A stretch of 64,000 nucleotides of DNA. Origin: Gemmatimonadota bacterium (lineage in GTDB: Bacteria > Gemmatimonadota > Gemmatimonadetes > Gemmatimonadales > GWC2-71-9). The notes under the pieces are model-generated. The model was not told where the DNA came from, did no database searches, and saw only the letters and a program-made list of their open reading frames with translations. The stretch's first letter is position 1. Each line of letters begins with the position of its first letter. Made by a program: the position numbers and the translations under genes. Shown here one piece after another: positions 1-10,251 of the stretch. The stretch spans positions 7,262 through 71,261 of the forward strand of contig JANXXJ010000131.1 of the NCBI GenBank assembly GCA_025350665.1. The letters are read 5' to 3'.

Positions 1-622
1 TCGCGATGTCTGGAGCCGCCTCCTGTTCGGGGCCCGGATTTCCCTCGCCGTCGCGGCACTCGCCACGGTCGTGGCGGCGGTGGTGGGAATCGCCGTCGGG
101 GCCACCGCCGCTCTGGTGCGGCCGGCCGCGGGGTTCCTGCTCGGGCTCACGGATTTTTCGCTGGCCGTTCCCCGCGTCGTCCTGCTCCTGCTGCTCGCGT
201 CGCTCTGGCAGCCGAGCGCCCGGCTGGCGGTGCTCACGCTGGGGCTCACCGGCTGGATGCCGATTGCCCGGCTCGCCTACGCCGAAACCCGGGGCCAGCT
301 GGGCCGGGCTTACGTGGATGGGGCCCGGGCGCTGGGCGGCGGCCGGTTCCGGCTCTTCCGTTGTCACGTCCTGCCTAACGTTGCTCCGTCGCTCCTGGCC
401 GCGGCGACCCTGGGCCTCGGCAGCGCCGTCAGCCTCGAGGCGGGCCTGAGCTTCCTGGGCCTGGGCGTCCAGCCGCCGGCCGCTTCGTGGGGGACCATGA
501 TCGCTTCGGGGCGGGACACGGTCGTCAATGCACCGTGGGTGGGACTGGTACCGGGCATCGCCCTGGTGCTGGTCGTGCTCAGCGCGACCCTCGTCGCCGA
601 CGGACTGGAGCGGCGCCAATGA
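1..622 (+). CDS. ABC transporter permease, Dpp/Opp (peptide/nickel) type, C-terminal part; 5' end lies outside the window
   Basis: The frame of ORF 71..622 is open to the window edge. The translation ends with a typical DppC/OppC C-terminal membrane region (...SLEAGLSFLGLGVQPPAASWGTMIASGR...PWVGLVPGIALVLVVLS...). The stop overlaps the next start (ATGA at 619-622). Confidence 0.8.
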   Translation, partial: RDVWSRLLFGARISLAVAALATVVAAVVGIAVGATAALVRPAAGFLLGLTDFSLAVPRVVLLLLLASLWQPSARLAVLTLGLTGWMPIARLAYAETRGQLGRAYVDGARALGGGRFRLFRCHVLPNVAPSLLAAATLGLGSAVSLEAGLSFLGLGVQPPAASWGTMIASGRDTVVNAPWVGLVPGIALVLVVLSATLVADGLERRQ

Positions 623-1170
623 CGGCGAACGTGCGGGTGGCACTGCTCCGGGGCATCAACGTGGGCCGGGCCAAGCGGATCGCCATGGCGGATCTTCGCG
701 ACCTGGTCGAGAGCCTGGGCTACGAGCGGGTGTCCACGGCGCTCAACAGCGGGAACGTCATCTTCACGCTGGGTCCCAAATCGAAGGGCGATCCCGCGTT
801 CAGGATCGAGCGAGAGCTCGTGAAGAAACTGGGTGTGTCTTCACGGGTAACGATTCTGACCGTGGCGGACCTCGACCAGATGATGAGGGAGAACCCGCTG
901 GCCGCGATCGCCACCGATCTCAGCCGACTGCTCGCCGTCGTCCCCGCCACTCCAAAGGATCACGAGAAGCTCGCCCTGCTGGCGACCGAGAACTGGGCTC
1001 CGGAACGATTCGCGCTCGGCCAGAGCATGGCCTACATCTGGTGCCCCGAGGGCATCCTCGAGAGCCGCCTGGCGTCAGTCATCCTCGGCCGGATCTTCCG
1101 CGACTGCGTGACTACCCGGAACTGGAACACGATGACCAGACTCCACGAGCTGTCCCGGAGCCCGGGGTAG
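619..1170 (+). CDS. DUF1697 family protein
   Basis: Internal ATG at 619 of ORF 487..1170, coupled to the upstream stop. The N-terminus MTANVRVALLRGINVGRAKRIAMADLRDLVESLGY matches the DUF1697 signature as I remember it. Confidence 0.7.
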   Translation: MTANVRVALLRGINVGRAKRIAMADLRDLVESLGYERVSTALNSGNVIFTLGPKSKGDPAFRIERELVKKLGVSSRVTILTVADLDQMMRENPLAAIATDLSRLLAVVPATPKDHEKLALLATENWAPERFALGQSMAYIWCPEGILESRLASVILGRIFRDCVTTRNWNTMTRLHELSRSPG

Positions 1171-1277
1171 TCGACGCTCCCGACGACCTCGCCCAGCTGC
1201 CCCGGCCCGCGCCCTGGTGGTGGCGATTCACCGGGCCCGCCCGGTAACTTGGGGCCACCCTTTTCCGACGACGTCCC

Positions 1278-2264
1278 ATGCAGATCCGACTCCTCAACGC
1301 CGCCGCGGTCCGGGCTCTCCTTCCCGTAGATCAGTGCATCGGTCTCGCCCGTCAGGCGATGAAACTGGTGGCTACCGAAGGCGGCACCATTCAGCCCATC
1401 CGCCAGGCCGTCTTCCACCCCGACAAGCGCGGGCTCATGAGCATGATGCCCGGCTACACCGCCAACCCCGAGTGGCTCGGCATCAAGGTGATGTCGGTGT
1501 ACCCGGGCAACTTCGGAACCCAGCACGGCTCGCATCAGGGATTCGTCATCCTCTTTGAAACCGGAAACGGGATTCCCCGGGCGATCATGGACGGTCGGGA
1601 GATCACCGCCATCCGCACCGCCGCCGCGACCGCCGCCGGTACTGACGCCCTGGCCCGCCGCGATACCCGGACGCTGGCGATCTTCGGCTACGGAGAGCAG
1701 GCCCATACCCACCTCGAGGCCGTCCCGCGAGTGCGCCCCTTCGAGCGGGCCCTGGTCTGGGGCCGCGACTTCGAGAAGACGAAGGCGTTCTGCACCGCCG
1801 AGCAGGCCCATCACCCGTTCGAGATCGTCGCGGTCCGAGCCGCCAAGGAGGCGGCCGTCGAGGCGGACGTGCTCTGTACTACGACCGCGGCCAAGGAACC
1901 GTTCTTCGAAGCGGCCTGGCTCCGGCCCGGCCAGCACCTGAACGTGGTCGGCTCGAGCGTCCCCACGACATCCGAGATCGATGTTCAAACCGTGGCTCGC
2001 TGCCGGCTGTTCGTCGATTTCAAGGAGAGCGCCTTGGCCCTGGCCGGCGATTTCCGCCGCGCCAGGGAGGCCGGCGCGGTCGGCGATGATCACATCTTGG
2101 GGTCGATCGGGGACGTGCTGACCGGCCGGGTCGCCGGACGGACGTCGGACCAGGACATCACACTGTTTAAGTCGCTGGGCATGGTCTCGGAAGACCTCGT
2201 GTCCGCTGATTTCATTCTGGCCGAGGCGGAGCGACGCGGCGTGGGCCAACTGGTGGAATGGTGA
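1278..2264 (+). CDS. ornithine cyclodeaminase / mu-crystallin family protein
   Basis: 328 aa. Family-typical blocks are present: ...GIKVMSVYPGN..., ...DGREITAIRTAAATAAGTDALAR..LAIFGYGEQAHTHLEAV... (Rossmann NAD site). Confidence 0.85.
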   Translation: MQIRLLNAAAVRALLPVDQCIGLARQAMKLVATEGGTIQPIRQAVFHPDKRGLMSMMPGYTANPEWLGIKVMSVYPGNFGTQHGSHQGFVILFETGNGIPRAIMDGREITAIRTAAATAAGTDALARRDTRTLAIFGYGEQAHTHLEAVPRVRPFERALVWGRDFEKTKAFCTAEQAHHPFEIVAVRAAKEAAVEADVLCTTTAAKEPFFEAAWLRPGQHLNVVGSSVPTTSEIDVQTVARCRLFVDFKESALALAGDFRRAREAGAVGDDHILGSIGDVLTGRVAGRTSDQDITLFKSLGMVSEDLVSADFILAEAERRGVGQLVEW

Positions 2265-2268
2265 TCGC

Positions 2269-4575
2269 ATGACAACGCCGAGCCGGCCTGGTCGGTGGGG
2301 TTCCTCCTTGATCCTCGGTGCAATCTTCGCGGCCGCAATCGGCTACGCCGCCAAGGGGCCGCCCCGCGCTCTGCCGGCCACCGCACCCGACTCGGTGTTC
2401 TCAGCCGAGCGCGCCATGGCTCACGTCCGCGCAATGGCCGAGCGGCCTCATCCGCCCGGCACGGCGGACCACGCGCGCGTCCGGGACTACGTCGTCGGCC
2501 AGCTCAAGGCCCTTGGCGTCGAACCACAGATCCAGGCGACCACGGCAATCGGGACCCGGTTCCAGGAAGCCGGCCGGGTCGAGAATGTCATGGCGCGGCT
2601 CCCCGGAACGAAGCCGGGAGGTCCGGCCGTCATGCTGGCAGCGCACTACGATGGCGTCGGGGCCGGGCCGGCCGCCAGCGATGACGCCTCGGGCTCATCC
2701 GTTCTGCTGGAGACGTTGCGGGCCGTGAAGGCCGGCAGCCCGCTCGAGCACGATGTCATCTTTCTCTTTACCGATGGTGAAGAAGCCGGGCTGCTCGGTG
2801 CCGCCGCCTTCGTGGCTGAGCATCCCTGGGCCCGCGACGTCGAAGCGATCCTGAACTTCGAGGCCCGCGGCACCGGCGGCCAGGCGGTCATGTTCCAGAC
2901 CGGTCCCGGTAACCTCGACCAGATCCGGCTTCTCCGCCGGCTGCCCGACATCTCCGCCACCTCGCTCTCGGTGACGGTCTACCAGTTTCTGCCTAACGAC
3001 ACCGATCTGTCTGAATTCTTCACTCTCGCCAAGCCGGGACTCAATTTCGCCTTCGCGGATGGCGTGGAGCGGTATCACACATCCGAAGACGATGCGGCCC
3101 ACATCGACCCGGGCACCATTCAGCAGGAAGGCGCCGCGGCCCTTGGCATGACCCGGGCGTTCGGCCACGGCCCGCTGCCCCGACCGAAGACGGACAACGC
3201 GATCTTCGTCGACCTTCCGGTGTCCGGCCTCGTGGTCTATCCGGAAGGCTGGGCCCGGCCGCTCGCGATTCTGGCCGCGCTGCTGACGATCGCCGCTCTC
3301 GTGCGCACTGCCCGCCGGGAGCCGCGATGGCTCCTCGGGCTCGTGCTGGGTCTGGCCGGACTGGTCGTGGCCACGGCCCTGGGCGGCGCAGCGGCCTACG
3401 GATTCACCCGATCCGCGCCGGCGGGCGTTGCCGCGAGCGGGGCCCGCGGCACAATGGCGATTGGCCTCGGACTGCTCGGTTTGGGATTCTCGTTCGGTTG
3501 CTGGGCCATCGTCCGACGCTGGGTCGGGCCGGCCGCGGCGTCACTGGGACCGCTCCTGGTGTGGACCGGACTCGCCGTGGCGGCGAGCTGGAAGCTCCCG
3601 GGCCTGTCATTCGTTGTGGCCTGGCCGGCCATCGCGGCGGCGCTCGTGGTCGTGATCGGGACCGATGAACGATCGTCACTGGCCAGTCGCGTCCTCCAGT
3701 GGCTGCCCGCAGTGGTCACGGCGTTCCTGCTGATGCCCATCCTGTACGGCATGGGCCTGATTGCCCTCGGCATCGCGGGCCCGGGCGGGATCGCGATCGG
3801 CGCGCTGGTTCCCTTCATCGCCGGGCTCCTGGCGCCCGATCTCGAGGCCGTCGCCGGCGACCATCGGTGGCGAACCGCGTTGGCCGTTTTGGCCGTCGGA
3901 CTGATCGCGGCCGTGGCGGGTCGGGCCATGGGCAGCCGCGCAGCCTTCCCATCCCGGTCGCTGGTCGCCTACGCCCAGAGCGCCGACGCGGCCGACGCCT
4001 GGCTCGTCACCGCGGCTGGATACGCCGGCGCGGGGAGTTGGAACGCGGCTGCCATCGGTGCCGCCGCCCGGCGAGTGGAGCCGGACGGCGCGGATGTTCC
4101 CGGCAATCCACCGCACTGGCTCACCCGGGTCGGCGGGGGCCGGTTCCCGGTCGTGGCCGGCGCGGCGCCGCGGGTCACCCTCACCGCACCATCGGTCACC
4201 GTGACGACGGACACCATCACCGAGGCCGGCCGACGGATCACCCTCCACGTCGGCACGGCACCGGGAACGAACGCGGTGCTGCTCCATGTGACCGGGACCC
4301 CGGTACTCGCCGCGGCGGTCGACGGCCGCACAGTCGATCCGAGCCGCTATCGTTTCAAAACGCCCGAGTGGCAATTGACGTACTGGGGCCCGGCAGACTC
4401 AGGGTTTAGCCTGACCCTTACCGTCGCGAACGGTTCGCGACCGGTGCTCGAATTGGCGGCGCAGACGTCCGGGCTGCCGGTCCTGCCCGGGGTGACCATG
4501 CCGCCCCGGCCCGCCGGCGTGTTACCGAGCCAGACCGGCGACATGACCGTCGTCTACCGCCGGGTCGAATTCTGA
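2269..4575 (+). CDS. membrane-anchored M28 family metallopeptidase
   Basis: 768 aa. The N-terminal domain has the M28 motifs (MLAAHYDGV..GPAASDDASGSSVLLETLRA...VIFLFTDGEEAGLLGAAAF). It is followed by about 8 hydrophobic helices and a C-terminal soluble domain. Confidence 0.8.
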   Translation: MTTPSRPGRWGSSLILGAIFAAAIGYAAKGPPRALPATAPDSVFSAERAMAHVRAMAERPHPPGTADHARVRDYVVGQLKALGVEPQIQATTAIGTRFQEAGRVENVMARLPGTKPGGPAVMLAAHYDGVGAGPAASDDASGSSVLLETLRAVKAGSPLEHDVIFLFTDGEEAGLLGAAAFVAEHPWARDVEAILNFEARGTGGQAVMFQTGPGNLDQIRLLRRLPDISATSLSVTVYQFLPNDTDLSEFFTLAKPGLNFAFADGVERYHTSEDDAAHIDPGTIQQEGAAALGMTRAFGHGPLPRPKTDNAIFVDLPVSGLVVYPEGWARPLAILAALLTIAALVRTARREPRWLLGLVLGLAGLVVATALGGAAAYGFTRSAPAGVAASGARGTMAIGLGLLGLGFSFGCWAIVRRWVGPAAASLGPLLVWTGLAVAASWKLPGLSFVVAWPAIAAALVVVIGTDERSSLASRVLQWLPAVVTAFLLMPILYGMGLIALGIAGPGGIAIGALVPFIAGLLAPDLEAVAGDHRWRTALAVLAVGLIAAVAGRAMGSRAAFPSRSLVAYAQSADAADAWLVTAAGYAGAGSWNAAAIGAAARRVEPDGADVPGNPPHWLTRVGGGRFPVVAGAAPRVTLTAPSVTVTTDTITEAGRRITLHVGTAPGTNAVLLHVTGTPVLAAAVDGRTVDPSRYRFKTPEWQLTYWGPADSGFSLTLTVANGSRPVLELAAQTSGLPVLPGVTMPPRPAGVLPSQTGDMTVVYRRVEF

Positions 4576-4649
4576 ACCGTTTATGAAAGTCGCCTAACAG
4601 TCGGTCGGCATCTCTGGCGCTGCCGGGGCCCCGTTCGCACATTGGGGCC

Positions 4650-5189
4650 ATGGCGTTCCGATCCGGCATCTACATCGTGCCCACCAACCGGTGGTACATC
4701 GAACGAACGGTCTGGCTGATCGCCGGCGTCACCCTCCTCATCGGCACCTCCCTGGCTGCCTGGGTCCACCCGTATTTCGTGGTCCTCGTCATCGCGACCG
4801 GACTGACGTCCATCGTTGTCGCCCTGACCGGTTTCTGCCCGGTCGGCAACATCCTCCACCGGCTCGGCTTCAAGGGCATGCTGGACGCCCCGGCGCCGGA
4901 ACCGCGGCGGTGGTATCGGATGCGAACTGACAGCTGGTATCTGGAGCGCCGGATCTACCTGGCCGTCGGGATCAACCTGTCCATTGCTTCGGTCCTCTCG
5001 GTGCTGCACAGCCCATGGTGGCTCGCCTTCACCGGATTCGTCGGGGTCGCAATGGTCTGGTTCGCCGCGACTGGGTTCTGTATCATGGCGAACGGGCTCT
5101 ACTGGTTCGGCGCCGAGCCCCGCCTCAACCCCGAAACCAAAGTGGCCTGCCCGATCGGCCAGAGCAGGGACCGGCGCGCCGAAGCCTGA
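4650..5189 (+). CDS. membrane protein with two tandem DUF2892 (YgaP-like) repeats
   Basis: 179 aa. Two related halves each carry a W-Y-[IL]-ER..(helix)..TGFC motif (NRWYIERTVWL...LTGFCPVGNIL and DSWYLERRIYL...ATGFCIMANGL). Confidence 0.7.
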   Translation: MAFRSGIYIVPTNRWYIERTVWLIAGVTLLIGTSLAAWVHPYFVVLVIATGLTSIVVALTGFCPVGNILHRLGFKGMLDAPAPEPRRWYRMRTDSWYLERRIYLAVGINLSIASVLSVLHSPWWLAFTGFVGVAMVWFAATGFCIMANGLYWFGAEPRLNPETKVACPIGQSRDRRAEA

Positions 5190-5212
5190 CCCGCACCGGT
5201 TACATTCGGCCC

Positions 5213-5950
5213 ATGTCCACGGTCCTCCTCGATGTGACGGACGGTATTGCCACCGTCACCCTCAATCGCCCTGCCCGTCTGAATGCGATCAACACCGCGC
5301 TTGCCGCCGACCTCCACGCGGCACTCGCCGATGTCACCCGCGCCGCTTCGGTTCGGGCCGTTGTGTTGACTGGCGCCGGCCCTCGGGCGTTCTGCGCCGG
5401 AGACGATCTAAAGGAAAGCCTTGGTTCCGTTGAGGCCGAGGTCCGCCGCGTGATCGGCGTCGTCCAGGACATTACCCGCCTCATCCTCTTCGGCGACAAG
5501 CCCGTCGTGGCGGCGGTGAACGGCTGGGCGGTCGGCGGCGGTCTCGAGTGGGTGATGGACTGCGACCTGTCCGTCTGGGCGGAACATGCGCGGGGGTTCA
5601 TGCCGGAGGTGTCGCTCGGTCTCGGGGTGACGGGGGCGGTCACCTCGCTCCTGCCCCGGCTGGTCGGGTGGCAGCGGGCCCGGGCGTTGTTTTTTCTCGG
5701 GGAGAAGCATTCCGCGCAGGATTTTCTCACCATGGGCATCGCTCACGCGGTCGTTCCGGCCGACCAGGTGATGCCCGAGGCCCTCACGCTGGCCCGGCGT
5801 CTCGGCGACCTGCCGCGCCATGCGTTCGGCGCCCTCAAACGGGCCCTGGCGCAGGTCCACCGCGACGAGATCGAACAGGCCATGGCCGCGGAAACCGAGG
5901 CGCTCGTGCCTTTGATCCTCGCCCGCGGCCCGATCAGGGAACCGGCCTGA
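5213..5950 (+). CDS. enoyl-CoA hydratase/isomerase (crotonase) family protein
   Basis: Internal ATG 5213 of ORF 5015..5950. The N-terminus MSTVLLDVTDGIATVTLNRPARLNAIN and the blocks ...VLTGAGPRAFCAGDDLKE... and ...AAVNGWAVGGGLEW... are classic crotonase motifs. Confidence 0.85.
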   Translation: MSTVLLDVTDGIATVTLNRPARLNAINTALAADLHAALADVTRAASVRAVVLTGAGPRAFCAGDDLKESLGSVEAEVRRVIGVVQDITRLILFGDKPVVAAVNGWAVGGGLEWVMDCDLSVWAEHARGFMPEVSLGLGVTGAVTSLLPRLVGWQRARALFFLGEKHSAQDFLTMGIAHAVVPADQVMPEALTLARRLGDLPRHAFGALKRALAQVHRDEIEQAMAAETEALVPLILARGPIREPA

Positions 5951-5983
5951 CACCGGGCCCGGACCCGGTGTACCGTTAGAGCC

Positions 5984-6883
5984 ATGTCGATTCGACCCGT
6001 CAAACGCATCGTCGAAGCCAAACCGACCCTCGAGGGCGCCGGCGTCCATCTCCGCCGGGCCTTCGGGTTCGGCGACACCACGGAATTCGACCCCTTTCTC
6101 CTGTTCGACGACTTCCGGAATGATCGCCCGGCCGACTACCTGGCCGGCTTCCCGTGGCATCCGCACCGCGGGATCGAAACGATTACTTACGTCCTCGCGG
6201 GCACCGTGGCTCACGGCGACAGCCTTGGCAACACCGGAACGCTGGGCGCCGGTGACGTCCAGTGGATGACCGCGGGCAGCGGCATTCTTCACCACGAAAT
6301 GCCCCAGGGTGATCCGGTCGGCCGGATGCACGGCTTCCAGCTGTGGGCCAACCTGCCGTCATCGCTCAAGATGAAGCCGCCGCGTTATCAGGACGTCAAG
6401 GCGGGCCAGATCCCCGAGCTCACCGACGACGACGGTACCGTGGTTCGGGTGGTCTGCGGCGCCTTCTGGGGCCAGACCGGCCCGGTCGACGGGATCGCCA
6501 CCGAACCGATCTACCTCGATGTCTCGGTCCCTCCTGGCAAGCGGAAGACGCTGCCCGTGGAGACCTATCGGCACGCGTTCGCGTACGTGTTCGCGGGCAG
6601 TGGCGATTTCAGGGGCGCCTCCCGCCCATTCGGAGTCCTGACGGAAAAGGACGACGATAGCGTCGTGCGCGAAGCGACCGGGAACCGCTCCCTCGTGCTT
6701 TTCGACAGCGGCGACGAAGTGACCGTCCAGGCCGGCCCCGAAGGCATCCGGTTCCTGCTGGTGTCCGGCAAACCTCTCGAAGAGCCGGTGGCGTGGTACG
6801 GACCGATCGTCATGAACACCCATGATGAGCTGCGCCAGGCGATCAAGGAGTTGAACGACGGCACCTTCATCAAGCACGGCTGA
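5984..6883 (+). CDS. pirin family protein
   Basis: 299 aa. Shows the pirin N-terminal cupin signature ...FPWHPHRGIETITYVLAGTVAHGDSLGN.G.LGAGDVQWMTAGSGILHHEMP... Confidence 0.9.
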   Translation: MSIRPVKRIVEAKPTLEGAGVHLRRAFGFGDTTEFDPFLLFDDFRNDRPADYLAGFPWHPHRGIETITYVLAGTVAHGDSLGNTGTLGAGDVQWMTAGSGILHHEMPQGDPVGRMHGFQLWANLPSSLKMKPPRYQDVKAGQIPELTDDDGTVVRVVCGAFWGQTGPVDGIATEPIYLDVSVPPGKRKTLPVETYRHAFAYVFAGSGDFRGASRPFGVLTEKDDDSVVREATGNRSLVLFDSGDEVTVQAGPEGIRFLLVSGKPLEEPVAWYGPIVMNTHDELRQAIKELNDGTFIKHG

Positions 6884-6884
6884 C

Positions 6885-7346
6885 GTGGCGGCCGCCACCG
6901 CCCTCCGGGCCGTGGCGCTGTTCGAGGCGGGAAAAGGCCTCGTGGTCCTCGCGGCAGGCTCCGGCCTGCTGCTGCTTGTCCATCACGACATGCAGATCTT
7001 CGCCGATCGGCTGGTAGGGCACCTCCACCTGAACCCGGCCAGCCGTTACCCTCGGATCTTCATGCGGTTCGCGGAACAAGCCACGCCGGGACGCATCCGG
7101 CTGCTGGCACTCGGCGCGCTGATCTATGCCGTGGCCCGCCTGACGGAAGCGTGGGGGCTCTGGCGCGCTCGCACCTGGGCGGAGTGGCTCGGAGTCGCCA
7201 CGGCGGGGATTTACCTCCCGTTCGAACTGCGGGCCTCGCTCGTCCACCCGGCGGTCGAACCGATCGGGGCCCTGATCACCAACCTGGCCGTGATGGCTTT
7301 CCTGGGCTGGCAACTGCGGCGCCGCCGCTTGAACCGAGAGGCCTGA
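6885..7346 (+). CDS. DUF2127 family membrane protein
   Basis: 153 aa with a GTG start. Has the pattern LRAVALFEAGKGLVVLAAGSGLLLL and four hydrophobic segments. The stop overlaps the msrA start. Confidence 0.6.
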   Translation: MAAATALRAVALFEAGKGLVVLAAGSGLLLLVHHDMQIFADRLVGHLHLNPASRYPRIFMRFAEQATPGRIRLLALGALIYAVARLTEAWGLWRARTWAEWLGVATAGIYLPFELRASLVHPAVEPIGALITNLAVMAFLGWQLRRRRLNREA

Positions 7347-7957
7347 TGCGACTCGCTCGCTGGATCGGAATGGGAACCGTGGCGGTCGCGCTGGCCAGGA
7401 CGGGCCGCACCGAGGAGGTCGCGGTGTTCGCGGGCGGGTGCTTCTGGGGTGTGGAGTCGGTCTTCGAACATGTCCGTGGGGTCAGGGTCGCCGAGTCCGG
7501 CTACGCCGGTGGTTCGCTGGCGTCGCCCAGCTACGAACAGGTCGGCAGCGGCACTACCGGACACGCCGAGTCGGTTCGGGTCGCGTTCGATCCCGCGGTG
7601 ATCAGTTACCGTCAACTCCTCGAAGTGTTCTTCACCGTGGCCCACGATCCGACCTCACGGGATCGCCAGGGCCCGGACGCCGGAGCCGAATACCGGGCCA
7701 TCGTGTTCTACCGGACCGAAGCCCAGCGCCAGGCGGCCGAGACCTACGTCAGGGAAATCACCGCCGCCAAACGGTTCCCGGCCCTGATCGTCACCGAAGT
7801 CCGAGCCCTCCCCGTGTTCTATCCGGCCGAGGCCTACCACCAGGACTACGCGGCCCGCCATCCCGATCAAGGCTACATCGTCGTCAACGACCGCCCCAAG
7901 ATCGAGCACCTGCGGCGAGCCTTCCCGACCCTGTTCCGCGCCCTCCCCGGCGACTGA
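7346..7957 (+). CDS. msrA: peptide-methionine (S)-S-oxide reductase
   Basis: Internal ATG 7346 (TGATG overlap). Contains the MsrA active-site block AVFAGGCFWGVESVF and GYAGG...PSYEQVGSGTTGHAESV. The N-terminus looks like a signal or anchor peptide. Confidence 0.9.
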   Translation: MRLARWIGMGTVAVALARTGRTEEVAVFAGGCFWGVESVFEHVRGVRVAESGYAGGSLASPSYEQVGSGTTGHAESVRVAFDPAVISYRQLLEVFFTVAHDPTSRDRQGPDAGAEYRAIVFYRTEAQRQAAETYVREITAAKRFPALIVTEVRALPVFYPAEAYHQDYAARHPDQGYIVVNDRPKIEHLRRAFPTLFRALPGD

Positions 7958-7959
7958 GC

Positions 7960-10251
7960 CTAACGAGGGGCCGCGGCCAGCGCCGCCGCCCTGATCCAGA
8001 TCGGGATCGGTGCGCCGCCCGAAGCGCCGCCAAAGCGGATCCGGAACTCCACCACATGGCGCCCTCGTTCCTGCGCGTCCGGCGTTGGCATGGTCCAGCC
8101 GGCGTGGCCGCGGCGATTCCGCCCGTCGGCACGGGAAAGAATCCCGACGCCTCGACAAAGGGTGAGCGCCAGCCCACCGTCAGGTCGGTGTTCGTATTCG
8201 AAGAATCCGGGCCATTCGAGCCGGAACGGCCGTTCGGCGTCCGTCGATTCCACGAAGCCGTGGGCCGGGGCCGTCGGCAGTGACGCCTCCTCGGGCCACG
8301 ATCGATTGAGTCGCCCGGGGCCGCGACGCGCCGAGCCGAACGGTGTGCCCGTCAGCACCTCGGACGACAACACCCCCGGCAGCATGACCCGAAGCCGATG
8401 ATCGTTGGCCCAGTTGTCGAATTCCACCCGGACCCGGATGCCCGGGTCGCCGGCCTCGAGCCATGCGACGGTCCGGCCGCGGACCACGCCCCCGCTCGCC
8501 GGGGCAACCGTCCACGCCGTTTCGATCGCTCCCACCAGCGGCCCGGAGGCCGTCACGCGGCTCGAAGCGACCCGGGCCCGTCGTTGCTCCTGGCTCGCGA
8601 CGTCCGGCGTGTAGAGGTCACCCCGGTCCGGCTCGGACTCCACCAGGAGCTGGTGCCGGTGGACCCGGCCGTGGACCAGATCGTCGATACGAAAGACCCC
8701 ATCGAATTCGACGCCGAGCCGGACCAGGCCGTTCCCAAGACCGGACCCGGCGATCTCGACGGGATGCGGCGGGTCGATCATCGGTCCGGCGCCCTCGCCC
8801 ACCCGAACGACCGTCGTCTGCTGCCCCGCCAACTGGTCGACCCATGCAGCGACCCAGACCCGATCCACCCGATCGAGGTCGGGATAGTGCTCCGAGGCGT
8901 CAACCCGTTCGAACCCAGGCTCGAGCCGGAGCACCTGAACCGGCAATGAGTCCCCGTTAGGCGCTTTCAGATGAAAGGCCCGGTAGCCAAGGCCTTCGCG
9001 CGGCTCCCGGTCCCCGGACGGTCCCACCAGCTCATCGCGATCGAACCAGGTCGTGGCCGCAATGACAACCCCGGATCGAGCCCGGCGATCCGGATTCCAC
9101 ACCGCCAGAACCGGTTCGGTCTGATCGGGGTCACGCCGCGCCCGGTCGGCGTCGTGGCCAACCGCGTGGTGCACGGCTCGCCGAATGACATCGACGGCCA
9201 CGTCCGTGACCCCCGCCAGCCGAACGTCCTGCTCGGCGGCGACCGAATCGGCTGTGCAGCCGGCGATGGTATCGTGGAACTGGCTCTGGATCAGCTCGCG
9301 CCACAGCCGATCCACCACCGGGCTCGGGGCGATGCTGCCGGCCTCGACCACCAGCGACTCGGCGGCGGCGTGCCGCCGCTTCATCCGGCTCCTGGTGGAG
9401 TGGACGCCCTGCAGCGACCAGACGTATCCGGTCGAGTCTCGGAGTTCCCCCGCGATCCCGGGAGGCTCCACCCCTGAACGCTCGACGGCCCCGAAATATT
9501 CCGCCCAGCTGCTGAACCGGACCTGGGCCTTGGACTCAAGAGCGCCGAGGCGCGCCGCCAGCCCTGCGAGGTCCAAGGCCGGCGCATGATGATCCGCTCC
9601 CACCGGAATCGCGATCTCGGTACCAATCGCCCTCGCGACCAGCTGCGAACGCAACGTCGCCCACCGTCCCGCAAGACCACGCGAGTCCGCGAGGTCCACC
9701 CCGGCCTCGTATCCCTGCGGCGGAAGATGGTGGGTCAGTACGACCGCGCCCCCGTCGCCCCGCCAGCGGTAGAGATCCCGCTCGACGCCACCCGGCCGGC
9801 CGAGCCCGCGCCAGACCACCGCCCACCGAATTCCGAAACGAGCCGCCAGATCCGGAAGTCCGGCCGGGTGGCCAAATGCGTCCGGGCTGTAAAGGACTGG
9901 CGTGTCCGGCCCGAACTCACGGGACATCGCGAGCCCGATGGCGAGATTCCGGGCCAGTGACACGCCGGACGGAATCAGCTCGTCGGCCAGGACGTACCAT
10001 GGCCCGATCGCCAACTGGCCCCGCCGGACCAGCGCTTCAATCGTCCCGCGAGCCCCCGGAACGATTGAGAGATAGTCCTCGACCAGAATCATCTGACCGT
10101 CGAGATGGAATCGGAGTCCCGGCGCCGACTCGAGCAGCTCAAGCAGCCGATCCATGGTCGGAACCAGTCGCGCCGTGAATACGCTGCGGGTGAGGTACCA
10201 CTCCCGGTCCCAATGGACGTGCGGGATCAGATGAAACGTGAGCGGCGTCAT
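7960..10251 (-). CDS. glycoside hydrolase family 38 (alpha-mannosidase / mannosylglycerate hydrolase-like)
   Basis: 763 aa. The GH38 N-terminal signature is present: FHLIPHVHWDREWYLT...HLDGQMILVEDYL...GPWYVLADELIPSGVSLARNL. The start overlaps the upstream stop by 4 nt. Confidence 0.8.
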   Translation of the reverse strand: MTPLTFHLIPHVHWDREWYLTRSVFTARLVPTMDRLLELLESAPGLRFHLDGQMILVEDYLSIVPGARGTIEALVRRGQLAIGPWYVLADELIPSGVSLARNLAIGLAMSREFGPDTPVLYSPDAFGHPAGLPDLAARFGIRWAVVWRGLGRPGGVERDLYRWRGDGGAVVLTHHLPPQGYEAGVDLADSRGLAGRWATLRSQLVARAIGTEIAIPVGADHHAPALDLAGLAARLGALESKAQVRFSSWAEYFGAVERSGVEPPGIAGELRDSTGYVWSLQGVHSTRSRMKRRHAAAESLVVEAGSIAPSPVVDRLWRELIQSQFHDTIAGCTADSVAAEQDVRLAGVTDVAVDVIRRAVHHAVGHDADRARRDPDQTEPVLAVWNPDRRARSGVVIAATTWFDRDELVGPSGDREPREGLGYRAFHLKAPNGDSLPVQVLRLEPGFERVDASEHYPDLDRVDRVWVAAWVDQLAGQQTTVVRVGEGAGPMIDPPHPVEIAGSGLGNGLVRLGVEFDGVFRIDDLVHGRVHRHQLLVESEPDRGDLYTPDVASQEQRRARVASSRVTASGPLVGAIETAWTVAPASGGVVRGRTVAWLEAGDPGIRVRVEFDNWANDHRLRVMLPGVLSSEVLTGTPFGSARRGPGRLNRSWPEEASLPTAPAHGFVESTDAERPFRLEWPGFFEYEHRPDGGLALTLCRGVGILSRADGRNRRGHAGWTMPTPDAQERGRHVVEFRIRFGGASGGAPIPIWIRAAALAAAPR

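Noticed and set aside
1032-2270. 412-aa minus-strand ORF.
   Set aside because: It is fully antisense to the well-supported ornithine cyclodeaminase gene. Its composition is Arg/Gly/Pro-rich with no motif, which is typical of a high-GC shadow ORF.
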